This document shows positions 49,622 to 60,339 of a stretch of 64,000 nucleotides of DNA, one piece after another. Position numbers and translations under genes: made by a program. The stretch comes from Lutibacter sp. Lineage in GTDB: Bacteria > Bacteroidota > Bacteroidia > Flavobacteriales > Flavobacteriaceae. A model generated the notes under the pieces. The model was not told where the DNA came from, searched no databases, and saw only the letters and a program-made list of their open reading frames with translations. The stretch lies in NCBI RefSeq assembly GCF_013139515.1, contig NZ_WTAR01000020.1, forward strand, positions 988 through 64,987. Reading direction: 5' to 3'. Numbering within the stretch: position 1 is the first letter of the stretch; every line of letters starts with the position of its first letter.

Positions 49622-49731
49622 AGGAATTAGATACCGAAGATAATTTAAAGTAGGAAAATAAGTGAGCGTTTTTTGAAAGCAGAAAACCTACAGATTTCAA
49701 TAAAAATTAAGAATATTAAAAATAGAAGATT

Positions 49732-50358
49732 TTGGACATAAAAAAAATATTTGATAACAACCAAAAATGGATTGTTAAGAAACTTGGAATTAATCAAAAC
49801 TACTTTAAGAATCTTTCAGAAGGTCAAAACCCAGAGATTTTATATATAGGTTGTTCAGATAGTCGTGTTTCTGCTGAAGAACTAATGGGTTTAGAACCTG
49901 GAGAGGTTTTTGTACATAGAAATATTGCAAATATGGTGCCTAATACAGATTTAAATGTAATGTCTGTTATTAATTATGCCGTTACGCATCTTAAAGTAAA
50001 ACATGTGGTTGTTTGTGGACATTATAATTGTGGTGGTGTAAAAGCAGCAATGCAGTCGGAAGATTTAGGACTGTTAAACCCTTGGCTAAGAAATATTAGA
50101 GATGTTTATAGATTGCACAAAAGTGAATTAGATGCTATTAGTTGTGAAGATAATAAATACAATAAATTGGTAGAGTTAAATGTTCAAGAACAATGTGTAA
50201 ATATTTTAAAAACTGCTGCCATTCAAAAGGCGTTTAAAGAACGAGAAATAACGGTTCATGGTTGGGTTTGGGATATTCAAAGCGGTAAATTAATTGATCT
50301 TAAAATTGATTTTGATAAAATTTTAAAAGATATTATGGAAATATACCATCTTTCTTAA
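49732..50358 (+). CDS. can: Beta-class carbonic anhydrase
   Basis: GCSDSRV, HRNIAN, GHYNCGG zinc ligands; TTG start. Confidence 0.93.
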   Translation: MDIKKIFDNNQKWIVKKLGINQNYFKNLSEGQNPEILYIGCSDSRVSAEELMGLEPGEVFVHRNIANMVPNTDLNVMSVINYAVTHLKVKHVVVCGHYNCGGVKAAMQSEDLGLLNPWLRNIRDVYRLHKSELDAISCEDNKYNKLVELNVQEQCVNILKTAAIQKAFKEREITVHGWVWDIQSGKLIDLKIDFDKILKDIMEIYHLS

Positions 50359-50461
50359 CAGTATTTCATTTAGTTATTTAACTCAAATTTTTGAGCTTCT
50401 TTTTAAGTTAAAATAGCTTAAATTTCGTATCTTATAGTCTTAATTAAATTTACCATTAATT

Positions 50462-52000
50462 GTGTTTACAGATAGAAGTTTAATTTTTAGCATTACAGTC
50501 TGTAAAAATACTTGCGTTTTTTACAAGAGACTTTTGTTTATATTTTTGATCTTATTTTTACAATTTCAATCTGTTTATAGCCAAAGTAATAATTCTCAAT
50601 TTATGGGGATTGATGAAGGTGAAGTTGTTGATAGTAGAGTAGATAACGATTATAATAGTTATTTAAATTTATTAGAAAAGCATCAGGTTTTTCAAAAAGA
50701 ATTGAATGATAGTTTAAAGTATTTTAAAAAAATTAAGCATAAGAATTATGTGTTAAATGGAAAAGATATTAAAACACTTAATAAAAGCTTTTCAGATAGA
50801 ATTATAATTTTAAATCAATCAATATTTTTTAATCAAAAACAACTGAAATTAACTGAAAATAAACAGTTTTATAATTTAATTTCTACTCATTTAAAAATTA
50901 AAGCGTTAGAAACCTACTTGGCTCAACAAAAAATTGTTGGGGACAATTCAAAAGTTAACAATTTAATAAATGAAGAAAATAAATTATATAGAAATGATAA
51001 AAAATCTTTAAAAAGATTAAAAAAGACGTTACTTTCTAAAAAGTATAGAAAATCAATTCTTGAAACTTGGAATTCTTCAAAACAAATAACAACTAATACT
51101 TCAAATGAATTTAAAAATAAAGAGATACACAATGCTATTTTGTTAACCCCATATTATCAAAATTATTTATCAAATACCCGTAATATAAAGACCTCAAAAA
51201 AATATTTTAGAAAACTTATTAATAAAAGAAGCATCTTTAATACCGAAGTTAATTTTAATAACTTTTTAAATAATATATTTTCGGGCGTATCAAATGTTGT
51301 CAGTAATTTTATTGGAATTTTTGCTATTAGAAAAGGTAAGTTACTGAATGACAATAGGTTTGTTGTAAATTCTTTACCCATATTACAACCTTTAGATGTG
51401 ATTTTAGAAAAAACACCTTTTAGATTAACTGATAAATTTATACCAGGATATTGGGGACATGCTGCCATTTATATTGGAAATGAAACTCAATTAAAAGAAT
51501 TGGGATTATGGAATCATCCTATTATTGAAGCATATCATGAAATAATTAAAAACAAGCATGTGATTATTGAAGCTTTAAGAAGCAAAGTTGCCTTTAATAC
51601 ATTTAAAGATTTTACAAATATTGACGATTATGCACATTTAAGGTTGAATGTAGAACCTTCAATTGAGAAAAAAAGAGAAATGATTATTAGAGCTTTTGCT
51701 CAAATTGGGAAAAAATATGATTTTGGTTACAATGTAGAATCAAGCAAAAAAATTATTTGTTCAGAACTACATTATATAACATTTGACGAGGTTATTTTTA
51801 ATACATCTAACAATATGGGGATTAACACAATTTCTGTAGATCAAGTTGCTAAACAAGGATTAAAAGGAGGTGCTTTTTACCCAATTAATTTATATTTAGA
51901 TGGAGTGAAAATTGATGATGACGAAATTTTTGAGGTTTTTGATCAACTTCCAACATTAAAAAATAAACAAATAAAAAAGCTAAAAAAGAGTCTTCATTAA
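50462..52000 (+). CDS. YiiX/YebB-like permuted papain (NlpC/P60) enzyme with long N-terminal extension
   Basis: GYWGHAAIYIG, KKYDFGY, IICSEL in permuted order; start codon uncertain. Confidence 0.75.
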   Translation: MFTDRSLIFSITVCKNTCVFYKRLLFIFLILFLQFQSVYSQSNNSQFMGIDEGEVVDSRVDNDYNSYLNLLEKHQVFQKELNDSLKYFKKIKHKNYVLNGKDIKTLNKSFSDRIIILNQSIFFNQKQLKLTENKQFYNLISTHLKIKALETYLAQQKIVGDNSKVNNLINEENKLYRNDKKSLKRLKKTLLSKKYRKSILETWNSSKQITTNTSNEFKNKEIHNAILLTPYYQNYLSNTRNIKTSKKYFRKLINKRSIFNTEVNFNNFLNNIFSGVSNVVSNFIGIFAIRKGKLLNDNRFVVNSLPILQPLDVILEKTPFRLTDKFIPGYWGHAAIYIGNETQLKELGLWNHPIIEAYHEIIKNKHVIIEALRSKVAFNTFKDFTNIDDYAHLRLNVEPSIEKKREMIIRAFAQIGKKYDFGYNVESSKKIICSELHYITFDEVIFNTSNNMGINTISVDQVAKQGLKGGAFYPINLYLDGVKIDDDEIFEVFDQLPTLKNKQIKKLKKSLH

Positions 52001-52097
52001 AAGCAACAACATATTTTAATCAATTGATATATTAATAATTAGGTGATTTGAATTTTAGATATTATCTTTGTTTCATAAATATTTAAAATTTTCAATA

Positions 52098-52289
52098 ATG
52101 AGTAAAGGAACAGTAAAGTTTTTCAATGAAGCCAAAGGATTTGGATTTATTACTGAAGAAGGTTCAAACAAAGAACATTTTGTACACATTTCTGGTTTAA
52201 TCGATGAAGTTCGTGAAGGAGATGAAGTAGAATTCGAATTAACAGAAGGTAAAAAAGGATTAAACGCAGTTAACGTAAAAGTTATTTAA
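52098..52289 (+). CDS. cspA: Cold-shock protein
   Basis: MSKGTVKFFN, RNP1 KGFGFI, RNP2 FVHIS; real start 52098; -7 element TATCTTTG at 52063-52070. Confidence 0.95.
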   Translation: MSKGTVKFFNEAKGFGFITEEGSNKEHFVHISGLIDEVREGDEVEFELTEGKKGLNAVNVKVI

Positions 52290-52315
52290 GATATATAATT
52301 ACTTTTTTAAAATGT

Positions 52316-52348
52316 AAAGCCTATCTTTTTTTGATAGGCTTTTTTTAT
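52316..52348 (+). terminator. Intrinsic terminator after csp
   Basis: AAAGCCTATC-ttttttt-GATAGGCTTT plus T-tract. Confidence 0.8.
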
Positions 52349-52396
52349 GGCTTATTTTAAAATGAATGCGTAACTTTGCAAACTAAAATTTTTTAA

Positions 52397-53584
52397 ATGA
52401 AACGTGTAATTGTAGGCCTTTCTGGCGGAGTTGATAGTAGTGTAGCGGCATACTTATTAAAAGAACAAGGATATGAGGTTATAGGCTTGTTTATGAAAAA
52501 TTGGCATGATGATTCTGTGACAATTTCAAACGAATGTCCTTGGCTAGAAGATAGTAATGATGCTATGATTGTTGCAGATAAATTAGGAATCCCTTTTCAA
52601 GTAGTTGATTTAAGCGAACAATATAAAGAACGTATTGTAGATTATATGTTTAATGAATACGAAAAAGGGCGTACACCAAACCCAGACGTTTTATGTAATC
52701 GTGAAATTAAGTTTGATGTTTTTTTAAAAATTGCAGAAGAATTAGGAGCTGATTATGTGGCTACCGGTCATTATTGTAAAAAAGGAGTTGAAGAAATAGA
52801 AGGAGAAACAGTTTATAAATTATTAGCAGGAGAAGACAATAATAAAGATCAATCATATTTTTTATGTCAGCTCTCTCAAGAGCAGTTGTCAAAAGCGTTA
52901 TTTCCAATAGGTGAATTAACAAAGCCTGAAGTTCGTAAAATAGCTGCAGATCAAGATTTAATTACTGCTGAAAAGAAAGATTCACAAGGTTTATGTTTTA
53001 TTGGTAAAGTTCGTTTACCTGAGTTTTTACAACAAAAACTACAGCCTAAAGAAGGTGTTATTGTTAAAATACCAAAAAATTCAGAATTATTTAATAGAAC
53101 TATTCCCAAATTTGAGGATAAAGAAGCTGAACTAGAGTTTTTCGCAACAAAATATAAGTACACCATTAAAGATGGTAAAATAGTTGGGAAACATCAAGGA
53201 GCTCATTATTTTACAAAAGGGCAACGTAAAGGTTTGGCAGTTGGAGGAATGAAAGAACCTTTATATGTTATTGAAACTGATGTTATTGAAAATGTAATTT
53301 ATGCAGGTGAAGGAAAAGAGCATAGCGGTTTGTATAGAAACGTATTGTTTGTAACAAATGAGGAATTGCATTGGATTAGGAAAGATTTGGCACTTAAAAA
53401 TGGCGAAACCATGGAAGTTAAAAGTCGTATCAGGTATCGCCAAAAGTTAGAAAAAGCAATACTGTACAAAGTTGAAAAGGGTTTGTATGTTCAATTTAAA
53501 AATCCACAATCTGCAATTACTGAAGGTCAATTTGTAGCTTGGTATATCAATAATGAATTATTAGGTTCTGGAGTAATTTCTTAA
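52397..53584 (+). CDS. mnmA: tRNA 2-thiouridine(34) synthase MnmA
   Basis: [41 protein letters not shown]; -7 element TAACTTTG at 52371-52378. Confidence 0.97.
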   Translation: MKRVIVGLSGGVDSSVAAYLLKEQGYEVIGLFMKNWHDDSVTISNECPWLEDSNDAMIVADKLGIPFQVVDLSEQYKERIVDYMFNEYEKGRTPNPDVLCNREIKFDVFLKIAEELGADYVATGHYCKKGVEEIEGETVYKLLAGEDNNKDQSYFLCQLSQEQLSKALFPIGELTKPEVRKIAADQDLITAEKKDSQGLCFIGKVRLPEFLQQKLQPKEGVIVKIPKNSELFNRTIPKFEDKEAELEFFATKYKYTIKDGKIVGKHQGAHYFTKGQRKGLAVGGMKEPLYVIETDVIENVIYAGEGKEHSGLYRNVLFVTNEELHWIRKDLALKNGETMEVKSRIRYRQKLEKAILYKVEKGLYVQFKNPQSAITEGQFVAWYINNELLGSGVIS

Positions 53585-53659
53585 TCTTAATCACTTATAA
53601 AATTCAAAAATTCAATAAAAATAAGTAATTTTGAGAGTGAAACCCCTAAACTAATTATT

Positions 53660-55279
53660 GTGAAAAGAAAACTACTCACATTTATTTTGTTTTTTTCGCT
53701 TGTTACATTATTTGCTCAAAATGAAGATGCTTGGGTATATTTTAATGATAAGCCAAGTGAAACTACATTTACTGCTTCACCATTAACTATGCTCACACAA
53801 AGAGCCTTAGATAGAAGAATACGTTATAGTATTTCATTAGATTTTAAAGATGTTCCGGTTGAAGCTTCTTATGTTTTACAGGTTAACAATTCAATAGGTA
53901 TCACAATAAAAGCAAGGTCAAAATGGTTAAATGCACTTCATGTACAAGGTACAGAAACAGACATCAATAATTTATTAAATTTAAGTTTTGTATCTAAAAT
54001 AGAATTTGCAAATAAATCGTTAAATATTTCAAGTAAAAATCGAATTAAGTCAAAGATAATTCATCAAAATAAAACATTAGATTTTTCTACAGATTTTAAC
54101 TATGGAAATGGAGCAAACCAAATTGAAATGTTAAAAGGAGAAGTATTACATCAAAATAATTTTACAGGTGAAGGCATGCAAATAGCCATTATTGATGCTG
54201 GTTTTCCTAATGTAGATAATTTTTCGGCTTTTCAAAGAATAAGAGATAATAATCAAATTTTAGGAGGTTACGATTTTGTAAATAGAAATGCTAATTTTTA
54301 TACAGGTCATTATCACGGAATGGCTGTTTTATCAACAATTGGAGGTTATTTAGACAATCAATTTATAGGTACAGCACCTGATGCTAAGTTCTATCTATTT
54401 ATTTCTGAAGATGCAGTAAATGAAACACCTTTAGAAGAAAGTTTGTGGGTTGAAGCTGCAGAAAGAGCAGATAGTTTAGGTGTTGATGTTATAAATACAT
54501 CATTAGGATATACAACTTTTGACAATTCAAATTACAATTACGAATATGCAGATATGGATGGACAAACAACATTTATTTCAAGAGGAGCAGAGGTTGCTTT
54601 TTCGCGTGGAATGATTGTGGTAAATTCTGCTGGAAATTCAGGAAATGACGCTTGGCATTATGTAAGTGCTCCTGCTGATGCACCTTTAGTATTAAGTATT
54701 GGTGCGGTAAATGCTTCAGGAACAATTGCCAGTTTTAGCTCTTTTGGACCAACGTTTGATGATAGAATAAAGCCTGATGTTTGCGCGCAAGGAGCAAATG
54801 TATATATTATAAATAGTTCTGGAAATGTTGCAACTTCAAACGGTACATCGTTTTCATCTCCAGTTTTAACAGGTGTAATTACGTGTTTATGGCAAGCATT
54901 TCAGGATAAAAATAATGCTGAAATAGTTCAGTTAATTAAAGAATCATCGCATTTGTATACAAATCCAACAAATCAAGAAGGTTTTGGAATTCCAAATTTT
55001 GAAACGATATATAACCTTTTTGATATTGATGAAGAAGAAGATATTATTGAGTTTTCGTTATTCCCAAATCCGACAAGAGATTTTATAAATTTTAAATTTC
55101 CCACTGACATTTCAGAAATGGAAGTCACAGTTTTTAATATACTTGGAAAAAAAGTAGCATCTAACTTAGTAAATAAAAATACTCCAAGAACTAATATTTC
55201 TTCATTATCAAAAGGATTATATATGGTTCAAGTAACATATAGTGATGTAGTTAAAACCATTAAAGTACTTAAGAATTAA
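53660..55279 (+). CDS. S8 subtilisin-like protease with T9SS C-terminal sorting domain
   Basis: IIDAGF, HGMAVL, GTSFSSP triad; C-terminal FPNP...GLYMV...K. Confidence 0.93.
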   Translation: MKRKLLTFILFFSLVTLFAQNEDAWVYFNDKPSETTFTASPLTMLTQRALDRRIRYSISLDFKDVPVEASYVLQVNNSIGITIKARSKWLNALHVQGTETDINNLLNLSFVSKIEFANKSLNISSKNRIKSKIIHQNKTLDFSTDFNYGNGANQIEMLKGEVLHQNNFTGEGMQIAIIDAGFPNVDNFSAFQRIRDNNQILGGYDFVNRNANFYTGHYHGMAVLSTIGGYLDNQFIGTAPDAKFYLFISEDAVNETPLEESLWVEAAERADSLGVDVINTSLGYTTFDNSNYNYEYADMDGQTTFISRGAEVAFSRGMIVVNSAGNSGNDAWHYVSAPADAPLVLSIGAVNASGTIASFSSFGPTFDDRIKPDVCAQGANVYIINSSGNVATSNGTSFSSPVLTGVITCLWQAFQDKNNAEIVQLIKESSHLYTNPTNQEGFGIPNFETIYNLFDIDEEEDIIEFSLFPNPTRDFINFKFPTDISEMEVTVFNILGKKVASNLVNKNTPRTNISSLSKGLYMVQVTYSDVVKTIKVLKN

Positions 55280-56221
55280 ATGAATAATAAAATTACTAAA
55301 CTTTTTAAAATACAATATCCAATAATACAAGCAGGTATGATTTGGAATAGTGGTTGGAAACTAGCTTCAGCAGTTAGTAATGCTGGTGGTTTAGGTTTAA
55401 TAGGAGCAGGCTCTATGTATCCTGATGTGTTACGAGAACATATTAAAAAATGTAAAAAAGTAACCAATAAACCTTTTGGAGTTAATGTGCCAATGTTATA
55501 TCCTAATATTGAAGAGATACTACAAATAATTGTAGATGAAGGTGTTAAGATAGTTTTTACTTCAGCAGGAAATCCTAAAACTTGGACTCCCTTTTTAAAA
55601 GAACATAATATTACTGTAGTTCATGTAGTGAGTAGTGTAAATTTTGCAGTGAAATCTGAATTGGCAGGTGTTGACGCTGTAGTTGCTGAAGGTTTTGAAG
55701 CAGGAGGCCATAACGGAAGAGAAGAAACTACAACATTTACTTTAATACCTATGGTAAAAGAAAAATTAGCAATTCCGGTAATAGCCGCTGGTGGAATTGC
55801 TACAGGAAGAGGAATGTTGGCAGCGATGGTTTTAGGTGCAGATGGAGTTCAAATAGGAAGTAGATTTGTTGCAAGTGAAGAATCTTCAGCACATATAAAT
55901 TTTAAGGAAGCAGTTGTTAAAACACAAGATGGTGATACACAACTTACTTTGAAAGAATTAGCTCCCGTTAGACTGATTAAAAATCAGTTTTTTAATGAAC
56001 TTCAAGAACTATATCAACAAAAACCTACAGTTGAACAATTAAAAGAAAAATTAGGTAGAGCAAGATCCAAAAAGGGAATGTTTGAAGGTGATTTAGAAAA
56101 TGGAGAATTAGAAATTGGTCAAATTGCTGGATTAATTCATGAAATTAAACCAGCTGCTGAAATTTTAAAAGAAATTATTGAAGAATTTGAAACAGTAAAA
56201 CAAGACCTAACAAGTTTTTAA
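55280..56221 (+). CDS. Nitronate monooxygenase / FabK-like flavoprotein
   Basis: PIIQAGM, EAGGHNG, IAAGGI, GADGVQIGSRF. Confidence 0.88.
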   Translation: MNNKITKLFKIQYPIIQAGMIWNSGWKLASAVSNAGGLGLIGAGSMYPDVLREHIKKCKKVTNKPFGVNVPMLYPNIEEILQIIVDEGVKIVFTSAGNPKTWTPFLKEHNITVVHVVSSVNFAVKSELAGVDAVVAEGFEAGGHNGREETTTFTLIPMVKEKLAIPVIAAGGIATGRGMLAAMVLGADGVQIGSRFVASEESSAHINFKEAVVKTQDGDTQLTLKELAPVRLIKNQFFNELQELYQQKPTVEQLKEKLGRARSKKGMFEGDLENGELEIGQIAGLIHEIKPAAEILKEIIEEFETVKQDLTSF

Positions 56222-56250
56222 ACCTGTTAAGTTTAGATGTGTAGTCTTCT

Positions 56251-56511
56251 TTATTTTTTAGTAGGAAGTTGTTTATCGTCTTTTTTAGGCATTGGTCCGC
56301 GTAAATGTATTACCAATCCATTTAAAAAGTTACGTAAAAATTGATCACCACATTCCATATATTTTGGATGGTCTTCTTTTCTAAATATAGCACCCAATTC
56401 ACTTTTTGAAACTTTAAAGTCAACCAATTTACAGATATCAATAATATCAGTATCTCTAAATTTGTGAGCTACTCTTAACTTTTTAAAAACGTCATTATTT
56501 GTTAATCCCAT
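56251..56511 (-). CDS. DUF1456 family protein
   Basis: TNNDVFKKLRVA, CGDQFLRNFLNGLV. Confidence 0.85.
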   Translation of the reverse strand: MGLTNNDVFKKLRVAHKFRDTDIIDICKLVDFKVSKSELGAIFRKEDHPKYMECGDQFLRNFLNGLVIHLRGPMPKKDDKQLPTKK

Positions 56512-56558
56512 GGTGTAAAGATAATTTTTTATATAGCATAAATCTAAATAAACTAGAT

Positions 56559-57482
56559 TTATACTTTTTCATTTTTAAGCTCTAGTTGCATTTGCTTCAC
56601 AGTTTGTGTACTATTATCATGGCTCCAGCCTGGAGCCCCAAATGTGTACATAAATTTGTGATATAAATTTTTAGATTTTTTAGTGTCATTCCAAATGTCT
56701 TTATACTCGTGAGTAAGAATTACCCAAGGATTGTAAGAGTCTGGGGCGTGTGTAACTCCATATTCAATAGCAACAGTATCATCTAACTCTTTCCAAGTTC
56801 CAAAAACTTTATCAAAGATATTTAGAAAACCACCATGATTTTTATCCATATATTCTAGATTTCTTGCGTGGTGAACTTGGTGCATTGTATGTGTGTTAAA
56901 TATCTTTTCTATGAATCCCATTTTTGGAATATACACTGAATGTAATTGAAATTGCCATAAGGCTTCAATTCCTAAACATACTATGACCATTTCAGGTCTA
57001 AATCCTAAGGCAGGAAGCCACATATAAAATAAAGGTTTATATAAAATTGTAAACCAACCATTTCTTACAGCAGTTCCTAAATTATAATTATCTGAAGAAT
57101 GATGAACTATGTGAGCAGCCCATAATGCTCTAACCATGTGATTTTGCCTATGAAACCAATAATAGGTAAAATCATCTAATAGTTGGCAAGCAATCCAAAT
57201 ATACCATGCATAACCAAATGATTCCCATCCTAAAATGTTTGTTCTAATACCATTTATTTCAGGATTAAAAACCTCAAAAATAAAGGTGAATATTACAATA
57301 GCAGAAATCGTTTTAATTAAAGGAGCAATTATTGCAGAACCAATTCCCATAAATAGGCTAGCTCCTAAATCTTTCCATTCGTACAAGTTTTTTTTGTTAT
57401 GACTTTTGCTATAGGTAAGTTCAAGTAATATTAGTGCTAAGAAGCAAGGTACTCCATATACTAATGGGTTGGTGAAATCCAT
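56559..57482 (-). CDS. Sterol desaturase / fatty acid hydroxylase family protein
   Basis: His boxes HRQNH, HIVHH, HQVHH; TM segments. Confidence 0.9.
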   Translation of the reverse strand: MDFTNPLVYGVPCFLALILLELTYSKSHNKKNLYEWKDLGASLFMGIGSAIIAPLIKTISAIVIFTFIFEVFNPEINGIRTNILGWESFGYAWYIWIACQLLDDFTYYWFHRQNHMVRALWAAHIVHHSSDNYNLGTAVRNGWFTILYKPLFYMWLPALGFRPEMVIVCLGIEALWQFQLHSVYIPKMGFIEKIFNTHTMHQVHHARNLEYMDKNHGGFLNIFDKVFGTWKELDDTVAIEYGVTHAPDSYNPWVILTHEYKDIWNDTKKSKNLYHKFMYTFGAPGWSHDNSTQTVKQMQLELKNEKV

Positions 57483-57546
57483 TTATAAGTTTTAAATTTA
57501 AGGGGAGTAATATAGGGTTAATTTAACAGAATTTTTATGATTAATA

Positions 57547-57930
57547 TTATTTCGTAAAAATTAATTTAATAGCAACAATTAACATCATTACACCAAATAT
57601 TTTTTTTAGGAGTCTTTGATCAATTTGAAGCGCTAATTTTGAACCTAAAAATCCACCAATTATAAAAAGTACAGAAACTATTAAGGCAATTTTCCAATCT
57701 ATATTTCCACCATCACCTGCAGTATGATAATTGTAAACGGCTAAAAAAGTAACAGGCGGAAGCATTACGGCTAAACTTAACCCTTGAGCGTTGTGTTGTG
57801 TTAACCCTAAAAAAATAATAAACACCGGAACCATAATAATTCCACCGCCAACACCTACTAAGCCACTTAATACTCCTGCTAATAATCCAATAATAACTAA
57901 GATAATAATTGTTGTTAATGTCATTTTCAT
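57547..57930 (-). CDS. Half-size TauE/SafE family protein
   Basis: GLVGVGGGIIMVP, AQGLSL; about 4 TM. Confidence 0.85.
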   Translation of the reverse strand: MKMTLTTIIILVIIGLLAGVLSGLVGVGGGIIMVPVFIIFLGLTQHNAQGLSLAVMLPPVTFLAVYNYHTAGDGGNIDWKIALIVSVLFIIGGFLGSKLALQIDQRLLKKIFGVMMLIVAIKLIFTK

Positions 57931-58019
57931 CTGTTTAAATCATATTTTTTTACGGTAACAGCTGCTGTTCGCCTTTAATCATTCCTTTGTGGATAAAAAT
58001 TTGTTATGCTCGTTTCATA

Positions 58020-58946
58020 TTAGTTTTCAGTAGGAATTTTCAGTTGATATAATTTGCGTGATTTATTGTTTAGTTTATTTTCACGTAACCACGGATTGTG
58101 CAATTTTAACACTTTATAATTGATGCCTAAATCTTTTGAAAACTGTGCAATATCAGTAATTATAGTATCAACTTCAATTAATTTTGTTGCTTCTAATTTA
58201 TACAAATCTTCAGTGTCAAATTCAAAACCATATTTTTGTGGATTTGTTAATATTTCTTTCAAAGCAACCATTCTAGGAACATAACGTTGAGTTTCTTCAC
58301 CTAAAAGTAAGTCATAATAATTGCTAACCTTTTGAGATTCAATTTTACGAGCTACACCAGCATTTCCGGCATTATAAGCAGCAGCGGCTAATGTCCAACT
58401 TCCAAATCGTTCTTTAGCTGCAATTAAATAATCACAAGCAACTTGAGTTGCTTTTTCTAAATGGTAGCGTTCATCAATATTGTCATTTATTTCTAATCCA
58501 TTTTCTTTACCTGTAGCTTTCATTATTTGCCAAAAACCTTTGGCACCTGCAGGCGATGTTACATTTTGCAAGCCACTTTCAATAACTGCTAAATATTTAA
58601 AATCGTTTGGAATTTCATTTTTCTTTAAAATTGGTTCAATGATAGGGAAATATTTATGACTTCTTTTAATAAGCAGTAATCCGTTAGATTGCCAATACGT
58701 ATTTACAAGTAGTTCTCTATCAATTCGTTCTTTAATATCTGCTTTTTCAAGAGGAACAAGTTCACCTGCAAATTTAAGATCAGCCGGAATTTTTAGCGCT
58801 TTTATTTGATACGTTTCACTTGTGTTTTTATCGCTTGAAATATTGGTGTTAACGTCTTTTAAATTTGTTGTTTTAGTTGCGAAAATTAATAATGAACTTA
58901 TCATTATTATGGCAATAAGGCCTAAAATTTTAATTGATTTGTTCAT
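58020..58946 (-). CDS. Lytic murein transglycosylase (SLT domain)
   Basis: YLAVIESG, GAKGFWQIM, AAYNAG, ETQRYVPR. Confidence 0.92.
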   Translation of the reverse strand: MNKSIKILGLIAIIMISSLLIFATKTTNLKDVNTNISSDKNTSETYQIKALKIPADLKFAGELVPLEKADIKERIDRELLVNTYWQSNGLLLIKRSHKYFPIIEPILKKNEIPNDFKYLAVIESGLQNVTSPAGAKGFWQIMKATGKENGLEINDNIDERYHLEKATQVACDYLIAAKERFGSWTLAAAAYNAGNAGVARKIESQKVSNYYDLLLGEETQRYVPRMVALKEILTNPQKYGFEFDTEDLYKLEATKLIEVDTIITDIAQFSKDLGINYKVLKLHNPWLRENKLNNKSRKLYQLKIPTEN

Positions 58947-59020
58947 AATATAGTGTGTTTGTTGAATGTTAATTTACAAATTATTTTGAATTTAAAATAG
59001 CATGATTACTTTTTTAACAG

Positions 59021-59680
59021 TTAAAATAATTCAGTAATAATTTTACTAATTGATTTTGCTTTGTTGAGAATCATAATGTGTGTTCCATTTTCTATTGAAA
59101 TACAGTTATCAATATGTTTTATTGGGAATACATGGTCCTCAGTTCCGTGAATATGTGTACAGTTTTCTAGAGGTTTATCTTGTAGCCAATTTAAAACATT
59201 GTAAATAGCCCAAGTTAAATATGTTTCATTTCTAACAGATAAATACTCTTTGTATAATTTTACACGCTTTTCAGCAAAATTGCCAAAAGCATACACTGAA
59301 AACTCTTCAAAATTTGATATTTTTTTGGTAGGGAATAATTTATAAGCTCTTGTTTTTTGAATTAATTTTAATCGTTTTGGAAACTCGTTTGATGTTTTAA
59401 CACTTGAAATGATGATTACTTTTTTAGTTTTTAAAAATTTACTCATTTCCTGAACCATAATTCCTCCAAAAGAAACTCCTACTAAAACAGGATTATTTTC
59501 AGTTACCAAATTTGCCATTCTTTCAGCATAATCTTCAATAGATTCTTTATCGGTTAAGGGAATTAACCATTCCAAATAATGCAGTTCAAATTTATCTTCT
59601 GGAAGTTGTAAATGTTCAAATATTTTTGAACTTGCAGCTAAACCAGGAACAAAATAGATATGAGTTTTAGAGTGTTTCAT
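59021..59680 (-). CDS. Alpha/beta hydrolase
   Basis: PGLAA, GVSFGG, HIHGTEDHVFP, GTHIM. Confidence 0.85.
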   Translation of the reverse strand: MKHSKTHIYFVPGLAASSKIFEHLQLPEDKFELHYLEWLIPLTDKESIEDYAERMANLVTENNPVLVGVSFGGIMVQEMSKFLKTKKVIIISSVKTSNEFPKRLKLIQKTRAYKLFPTKKISNFEEFSVYAFGNFAEKRVKLYKEYLSVRNETYLTWAIYNVLNWLQDKPLENCTHIHGTEDHVFPIKHIDNCISIENGTHIMILNKAKSISKIITELF

Positions 59681-60321
59681 TAACTATTCATAATGTCTAA
59701 AATAATTGGTTTTAAACCACTAAAGAAAAATTCTACAGCTATAACCATTACAATTAACCCCATTAATCGCATCATTACTTTATTACCGGTTTCACCCAGT
59801 TTATCTGTAATTTTACTTGCGCCAACTAATATTAAATAAGTTAAAAATAGCACAAAAGCGATGACCGAAATTAAAACAACTTTTTGAGGTACTTCTTGTG
59901 CATCTTCCATTAAAATAATAGCATTGGTAATTGCTCCAGGTCCACAAATCATAGGAATGGCTAATGGTGTTATGGAAATATCATCAACATATGCATCAAT
60001 TTTATCTTCATCATCAGTATGTTTTATAGTTCCTAATCTAGCTTGCAACATATCCCATCCCATTATAAAAAATATAAAACCACCAACAATTCTAAAACTG
60101 TGCACAGAAATTCCGAAGAAATTAAATAAAACTTGTCCGGAAAATGCAAATGCTAAAATTGTAAAAAAGGCAACCAATGTTGCTTTTTTTGCGGTTTGTT
60201 TACGTCGTTGTTTGCTTAATGAAGCTGTCATTGACATAAATATGGGCATGGTACCCAACGGATTTATCAACGTGAAAAACGAAGTAAAAACTAATATTGC
60301 AGTGGTGTATAATTCAAGCAC
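59680..60321 (-). CDS. MarC family membrane protein
   Basis: INPLG, TPLAIPMICGPGAI, RLMGLI. Confidence 0.92.
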   Translation of the reverse strand: MLELYTTAILVFTSFFTLINPLGTMPIFMSMTASLSKQRRKQTAKKATLVAFFTILAFAFSGQVLFNFFGISVHSFRIVGGFIFFIMGWDMLQARLGTIKHTDDEDKIDAYVDDISITPLAIPMICGPGAITNAIILMEDAQEVPQKVVLISVIAFVLFLTYLILVGASKITDKLGETGNKVMMRLMGLIVMVIAVEFFFSGLKPIILDIMNS

Positions 60322-60339
60322 AGTATTTAAATTATGTTT

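Noticed and set aside
57547-57930. Short TauE/SafE gene as a truncated pseudogene
   Set aside because: Clean start and stop with about 4 TM and no downstream remnant; half-size members are known
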